NCBI GenBank assembly: GCA_964499705.1 | Contig: CAZCME010000006.1 | Span: forward strand, 186,001 to 237,579 | Source of the DNA: an uncultured bacterium | GTDB taxonomy: Bacteria > UBA8481 | Length of the DNA stretch: 51,579 nucleotides | Reading direction: 5' to 3' | In this document: piece by piece, positions 46,316 to 51,579 of the stretch | How the letters are laid out: each line of letters opens with the position of its first letter | Position numbering within the stretch: position 1 is the first letter of the stretch | The notes under the pieces: generated by a model | The model's input: only the letters and a program-made list of their open reading frames with translations | What the model was told of the DNA's origin: nothing | The model's database searches: none | Position numbers and translations under genes: made by a program

Positions 46316-48154
46316 TTAGAATGTATACGTCGCGTCGAAGCGAACGTCGCGGGTGCGGAAATCGAGGAGATGGTTATCCTCGCTGACATTGCGATAGGCG
46401 CCGGTAAGCGTCAGCTCCAGGTCGGGAACGTCGGTCGGGCGATACCCCAGATTGACGCGCGCCGCGTGGATGCGCGAGCCCTGGCCTGGGTTGTTGCGCT
46501 GCGTCCAGCCGAGATCCCAGTTCGCTCCCGCGGCTACGGGGCCGCGTAAAGCCGTGAGGCTGGCATTCAAACCTTCGGTCCTTGTGAGCTGATTGCCGTT
46601 GCGGAGCTTGTCGTAGCCATCGCGGTATCCTGCGTTAGCCTGAAGTCGCGTCTTCCAGCTCTTCAATTCTAACGGCCGTCCGATCGAAACCGACCAGTTC
46701 TCGGCCCTGCGGTCGCTCGTCGCGTCGATGTCGTTGTCGGTCAATTGCCAGCCGAATCGCCCGCCCATCGACCACTCCCCCATCCGATGGCCGAAGGACG
46801 CGGAGTAATCCTCATTCTTCGTGTTGATCCCGAAATCCGTCCGGCCACGCCGCGTCCTCCGCGCATCGAATGTCATCCGGAAGTTCTCCGGCTGGAGCCA
46901 CTCTTCGAGCCGGCTTCCCGCCGCATCGCTCCTCTTCGCCTTCAGACCGAGCGCTCGTATCGCGAGAGGCGCTCGAAAGAGCGAGAGATTCATGGCCGTT
47001 CCTTCCGAGAATGTCCAGTTCGTGAGCAGCTTCTTCCGGCGTGCATTGTCCTCGGTGCGGTTGAGCGACCAGTCCACGGAAACCCATTCCGCTAGAGGAT
47101 GGTTGGAGAGAAGGCCCCAGCGCCTGTTGTCCGGACCGACGGCGCCCTGCGGCGCGAAATAATCCTCGCCGACAATCTCGAAGGAGGCGCGCGAGAAACC
47201 GGGAATGAGGATCTTCCAGCCCTTCATCTCCGTGGTCGGTCTTCGCCACGTCAAGCTCGACGCGACGGCGCCTCCGTTCTGCTCGCGCGAGGCCGTGCGA
47301 AGATCCATCCGTCCCCGCGAGAGACCCCAGTCCGCGTCCAATTGGAGAGCGGATCCGATCCGGCTCTCGAGGCGCAGAGCCATGGCGCGGGCATCCTGGC
47401 GGGCGAGCGAGCCGGGATTGTCGTTCGACGCAATGTCGTCGTGCATCCGCGATCCCGTCCATTGGAGGGACGTCCGTCCGATGGGACCAAGCCAGTCATC
47501 GGGCGTCGTCCATCCGACCTGCGCGCCCGTCACCCATCGCGTGAAACGAACGCCATCGACACCTCGCGCAGAACGGCCGGCCGAGGACGATACCTCCAGC
47601 TTGTGGCCGTTCTGGAACGGCAGGCGAACGTTCGCCTGTAATCCCTGGAGCGATGTCGAAAGCGCGTATCGATGGTAATTGGGAAAGAGATTTCCAAACG
47701 CAAGGTCCCATCTATCCTTGTATGCCAATGTCGATTGGAGATTCAACAATTGCCAATCATGATTCTTCGACGGAGCGATCTGCGGATCGTCCGTCCGCCG
47801 GATGGATAGATTCGTGTTCCAGAGGTAATCCTTCCACGACTTCATCATCCGCATGGTGATGTTCTGTTCATTGTAGAGCCGCTCCGTCTTGATCCGCCGT
47901 GATGGCGCGCCGTCGAATTCCGGGTAGTAGAGCGAGTGCCGGTACTGCATATCGAACTTCTGGAAGAATGGCTTCCCCGGTGCCGCCGCCGGTCCAGCCC
48001 CTCCAAGGGGCGAACCGGGTTCGACGACGATGGGAGCGTTCCAGAAAATATCGGCGTGCGCGGGTGCGACCACCAACAACATCGCAATGAAGGCATCGAT
48101 CATAAAGATACGACGACGCAACATGGTCATTTCAGCATTGGAGCAATGCTTCAA
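46316..48154 (-). CDS. Putative outer-membrane beta-barrel protein
   Basis: Signal peptide ending PAHA; Trp/Arg/Gly-rich amphipathic strands; C-terminal VRFDATYTF beta-signal. Start probably 48130/48124. Confidence 0.75.
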   Translation of the reverse strand: MKHCSNAEMTMLRRRIFMIDAFIAMLLVVAPAHADIFWNAPIVVEPGSPLGGAGPAAAPGKPFFQKFDMQYRHSLYYPEFDGAPSRRIKTERLYNEQNITMRMMKSWKDYLWNTNLSIRRTDDPQIAPSKNHDWQLLNLQSTLAYKDRWDLAFGNLFPNYHRYALSTSLQGLQANVRLPFQNGHKLEVSSSAGRSARGVDGVRFTRWVTGAQVGWTTPDDWLGPIGRTSLQWTGSRMHDDIASNDNPGSLARQDARAMALRLESRIGSALQLDADWGLSRGRMDLRTASREQNGGAVASSLTWRRPTTEMKGWKILIPGFSRASFEIVGEDYFAPQGAVGPDNRRWGLLSNHPLAEWVSVDWSLNRTEDNARRKKLLTNWTFSEGTAMNLSLFRAPLAIRALGLKAKRSDAAGSRLEEWLQPENFRMTFDARRTRRGRTDFGINTKNEDYSASFGHRMGEWSMGGRFGWQLTDNDIDATSDRRAENWSVSIGRPLELKSWKTRLQANAGYRDGYDKLRNGNQLTRTEGLNASLTALRGPVAAGANWDLGWTQRNNPGQGSRIHAARVNLGYRPTDVPDLELTLTGAYRNVSEDNHLLDFRTRDVRFDATYTF

Positions 48155-48178
48155 GCGATCGAAGGTTCGGCAGAACCA

Positions 48179-48691
48179 TCACTTCGGAATCATTCCAATG
48201 TAATAAGTCTTGAGTGCTGCTCCAGCCAAAGTCTTTCCAAACTCATAGGGCGAATCAGGCTTTGGTTCCAAATCTCGATTCATTTGACCATCAAACCCCC
48301 AAAAGGTCATCTGTACCCCATAGTGCGTTACAAGGTTAGGATCGATTTTGGAAGTTGCGGCAAATGAATACGATATGGTGACTATCGTATTGATTTCGCC
48401 CGTCTTGCCGGCATCGACTTCCGATACTTTGATCTTGGTGTAATTTGACGCGCCGAGATACTTCGGATCCGCGCCTACGGCTGAGGTCCACTTGTTATCA
48501 ATCGTAGGCTCACCCGAATAAAGACGCACGTTGACGAATATTTCTTTCACATTCGGGTCCAACTTATGAAGCACGACAGGCACCTTGAATGTAAACTGCG
48601 GTTCCTCGGCAGATACAGTCGAACCGCTAAACCCTGACAACACAAAGAACACACCACATAACCAGACTCTACATCGACTCATTTTGAACAT
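48179..48691 (-). CDS. Secreted hypothetical protein with atypically AT-rich codon usage
   Basis: SD GGAGG; signal peptide ending VSA; visibly lower GC than the flanks. Confidence 0.7.
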   Translation of the reverse strand: MFKMSRCRVWLCGVFFVLSGFSGSTVSAEEPQFTFKVPVVLHKLDPNVKEIFVNVRLYSGEPTIDNKWTSAVGADPKYLGASNYTKIKVSEVDAGKTGEINTIVTISYSFAATSKIDPNLVTHYGVQMTFWGFDGQMNRDLEPKPDSPYEFGKTLAGAALKTYYIGMIPK

Positions 48692-48751
48692 CTCTTCCTC
48701 CTGTGATTGACGCCCCTGCCATGCTCGACTTCCTGCCTCTATTGCTCCCTT

Positions 48752-51579
48752 CTAATTCGCCGTCGCCGCGGGCGCGGTGACGGTCTCGATCTGGTTCAAC
48801 TGTCCGCTGGTAACGCAATTTCCACCCGTGAGATCCACTCCGGTTGCGCCGTTATTATCCGCGATGTAGCACCCCGTGAGCCGCATGATGGTGACCGCGC
48901 AACCCAACGGAGCATCGGCGGCGAACGAGAAGTTATTCTGGATGTTCACGGCGTTCAGAATCGACGTCGCGCATCCACAGTTGTCGATGAGACCGCGGCC
49001 GCCGTTGTTCCGAAGATTGCCGCCAGTCATGGAAAAATATCCACCGGAGACGCTCAATCCATGCGACGAATTGTTCTGCACGCTCGTCGCGTTGAGCGTC
49101 ACAGTTGCCGTGGACAGGTGACTCAGTTGAACACCCATATAATTCGATGAGATCGTTGAATTCGAAATGGTCACCGTTCCGCCGGATGCGCGGATCCCCG
49201 CTTCCGACGCGCCGTTGTCGAAACCGGATATCGTCGAGCTCGTGACGCTCACAGTCGAGCCGGTTGCATCGATGCCGCGGCGAGCCGAGCCGGCGTCGCT
49301 GATGGTGGATGCCGCTATCGTCAGTGATCCTCCGATAGCCGAAATTCCGGTGCCCAGCGCATTCGGGTCGCGGATCGTCGCGCTCGATATCGTCGCGCTC
49401 CCCGACACAAGGCTCAACACGTTGTCGCCGCCGGTAACCGTCGATCCGGAGTTGATCGCGAGCGTGCCGCCGTTGACGACAATATTGGATGTACCCGTGG
49501 ATTGGATCGTACCGTCCAACGCGAGCATGCCGCCCGTCGAGAAGATGTTCGCTCCTGTATTGCCGCTGATCGCCGCGTTGGTCAACGTCACGGTCCCGCC
49601 GGAGACTTCGATGCCGTCGATATTGTTCGTGAGCGTCGGCGACGCGAGCGTCACATTGCCGCCCTGGACATGGAACGCATCCGTCGCGTCGCGTATCGAG
49701 CATGACGAGATTGTGCCGATCGATCCCGAATGGAAGAGAATTCCCTGCCACGAACCGGGCGAGCCTGACGTGGAACGGAACGTCGCGGAGGTCGCATCGA
49801 GCGTTCCGTAAACGATGAGCCTCGCTCCGGGGGCAAAGTTGAGAGTGACCCCCGGATCGACGCGCATCGTTCTTCCTGCTTCCACGACGATGTCGCCGGA
49901 GTAAGTCTGATCGCCGGAGATGACGGATGAAATGTCCGTCCCTCCCGTCGCGCCCGACGTCCCCGAAACGGCAAATGTTCCGCCGCCGATCGTGCTGCCT
50001 TCGTCAGCGCGAACGACGGCCGTGCAGCTCGAAGGTTCCGCCCGACCGAAGAGGAGCGATCCGTTGGTAACGGACGACGCGTCCTGACGGATCACCTTCG
50101 CCTCGCCGTCTTCGTCCGCGAAGATGAGGCGCGTCCTGCGGGAGCGCTTGATGATATCCTGGTTCGTAGCAAGGAACCGGGCGCGGGCGTCCCAGAGGAA
50201 AATCACTTCCGCCTGCTTTACCTCCGGATAGACGCGGAACTGCTCCGATGCCGCCGAGTATGAGAAGTTGTCGAAGATCTCGAAGTCGCACCGAAGCGAG
50301 AGCGGCAGCGTGAAGTGGTCGACGTTCGTGCCGACGGAGCTCTGCGAGCGATACTCGGTGGATATGCGATCCATGAGCGAGCGGACATCTTCGCGCTGAT
50401 ACGCCGCGAGGATGGCCTCGGATGCCTCCTGCGCTCTCCGGGCGAATTCATCCGCCGACCAGGCCGCCGCCGGACGCGTCTCGCCTGCGGGTGGATTGAC
50501 GTATTTGAGCGCGGCCTCGCGAGCCAGCGCGTCAAGCCTCGCGCTTTCGAGCGCATTCTCCACCTCCCGGACATGAAAGGCTCCGGTGACGGGGTCGGAG
50601 AGGCCGAAGAGCGGATCTCCGGCCTGGCCGAGAATAAGCCAGCGTTCTCCGTCGAAGCGCATCGAGAGAGCCGTCCGCTGATCTCGCTCGTTGACTTCGG
50701 CGCCGGGGATCGACATACGGAAAAGATATCGCTTCACCGATCGCCGCCAGCCGATCTCGACGTCCGCGCCGCCGGTGAGGGGGCGGACTGTGAGCGACTG
50801 CGGCGCAATACGGATGCCATCCATGTAGCCGAAGTCGAAGGCGAGCGACCGCGCCAGGAGATTCCTGTCCAGAAGTCCGCCGCCGGCCGTAACGCCGCTG
50901 TAGCCGTTGTCGAACTGCGAAAGCACGTCGGCCAGGCGCTCGGATTGGTATGCTTCGAACAGAGCATTGATCATCGGAGCGATCAGGTCGTCGGCACTGG
51001 TATCACGAACGGGATATCGGAATGGCCGAAATGTGTTGACAGCTTCCATTCTCGATTCGCGCAGACTCGCCGTCTCAAGGAGAGAACGCCAATCGAGTTT
51101 CTCACTGGATGAATAATCTATGATCGAGACGGAGCGATGAACCCCCATCGCGGAGAGCCTGTATTTCCCGGACGGCGTCTCCCGGGGAAACACCATGAGA
51201 AACATGACGCTGAATGGATCGGAAGAACCCGCGCGCGAAATAGCAAGGGGTTCGACCTTCATCATCGATTCTCCATCTTCGCGCGTTAAAGCCGCCCGAG
51301 CCGCGGATCGAATCTTCTCGTCGGACGTCCGTCCGAAGAGCTCCTCCACCTTGCGGCCCTTGACGATAATCGTGAGATCCGATCCCGCCCTGACCTCCTC
51401 CGGCATCAGCTCCACACTCACATCCTCGGGCGATGGCCCAAAGTCGATTTCTTCCATGCCCGGCTCCGGCGTGGTAGCAACACCGGAAGCTTTCGAGTCC
51501 GATATCGCATACGACTCGTCTTTAATCCCCGTCGCCGTCAACGCCTCAGGCACCGTGATCGTCTGCGGCGCGAACTTCA
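48752..51579 (-). CDS. Large exported protein with two NTF2/SnoaL-like repeats and a C-terminal right-handed parallel beta-helix; 5' end outside the window
   Basis: Frame open to the window edge; repeats ..LFEAYQSERLADVLSQF.. / ..ILAAYQREDVRSLMDRI..; PGVTLNF..GSWQGILF; many ISxxTIxxN/GI repeats. Confidence 0.8.
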   Translation of the reverse strand, partial: KFAPQTITVPEALTATGIKDESYAISDSKASGVATTPEPGMEEIDFGPSPEDVSVELMPEEVRAGSDLTIIVKGRKVEELFGRTSDEKIRSAARAALTREDGESMMKVEPLAISRAGSSDPFSVMFLMVFPRETPSGKYRLSAMGVHRSVSIIDYSSSEKLDWRSLLETASLRESRMEAVNTFRPFRYPVRDTSADDLIAPMINALFEAYQSERLADVLSQFDNGYSGVTAGGGLLDRNLLARSLAFDFGYMDGIRIAPQSLTVRPLTGGADVEIGWRRSVKRYLFRMSIPGAEVNERDQRTALSMRFDGERWLILGQAGDPLFGLSDPVTGAFHVREVENALESARLDALAREAALKYVNPPAGETRPAAAWSADEFARRAQEASEAILAAYQREDVRSLMDRISTEYRSQSSVGTNVDHFTLPLSLRCDFEIFDNFSYSAASEQFRVYPEVKQAEVIFLWDARARFLATNQDIIKRSRRTRLIFADEDGEAKVIRQDASSVTNGSLLFGRAEPSSCTAVVRADEGSTIGGGTFAVSGTSGATGGTDISSVISGDQTYSGDIVVEAGRTMRVDPGVTLNFAPGARLIVYGTLDATSATFRSTSGSPGSWQGILFHSGSIGTISSCSIRDATDAFHVQGGNVTLASPTLTNNIDGIEVSGGTVTLTNAAISGNTGANIFSTGGMLALDGTIQSTGTSNIVVNGGTLAINSGSTVTGGDNVLSLVSGSATISSATIRDPNALGTGISAIGGSLTIAASTISDAGSARRGIDATGSTVSVTSSTISGFDNGASEAGIRASGGTVTISNSTISSNYMGVQLSHLSTATVTLNATSVQNNSSHGLSVSGGYFSMTGGNLRNNGGRGLIDNCGCATSILNAVNIQNNFSFAADAPLGCAVTIMRLTGCYIADNNGATGVDLTGGNCVTSGQLNQIETVTAPAATAN

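Overview
GC-rich bacterial chromosomal segment. The envelope genes (BamD-like lipoprotein, OmpA, TolB-like, beta-barrels) point to a diderm, but the housekeeping order is Firmicutes-like (PASTA-rpe-ylxM-ffh-rpsP-khpA-rimM-trmD-[DegT]-rplS-ylqG-like-ylqH-like, plus a spoVS remnant). I cannot assign the lineage from sequence alone. About 55 CDS, including galT, an acyl-CoA ligase, rlmD, a DEAD-box helicase, glpE, a type IV pilus/T2SS-like cluster, a Tro/Mnt metal ABC operon, xseA-xseB-ispA-dxs, chrA, a sulfate ABC operon, and a large secreted beta-helix protein with an outer-membrane barrel. No rRNA, tRNA, CRISPR array or transposase was recognised. Main highlights: (1) a stand-alone archaeal-type (HMf-like) histone-fold gene with its own promoter and a Ser/Pro-rich C-terminal tail (21904-22179); (2) an apparently leaderless 38-codon peptide ending SSCSCCLCR, with competing hairpins, upstream of the sulfate ABC operon, i.e. 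a candidate cysteine-sensing attenuator (45762-46025); (3) a pilus-like module with a cNMP-binding domain fused to a PilB/GspE ATPase, next to a PilQ-like protein with no secretin barrel; (4) an xseA-leader/spoVS chimeric scar; (5) DtxR-fused permeases with a palindrome over their -10 box, flanked by small inverted-repeat elements. All calls come from manual motif recognition; no searches were run.
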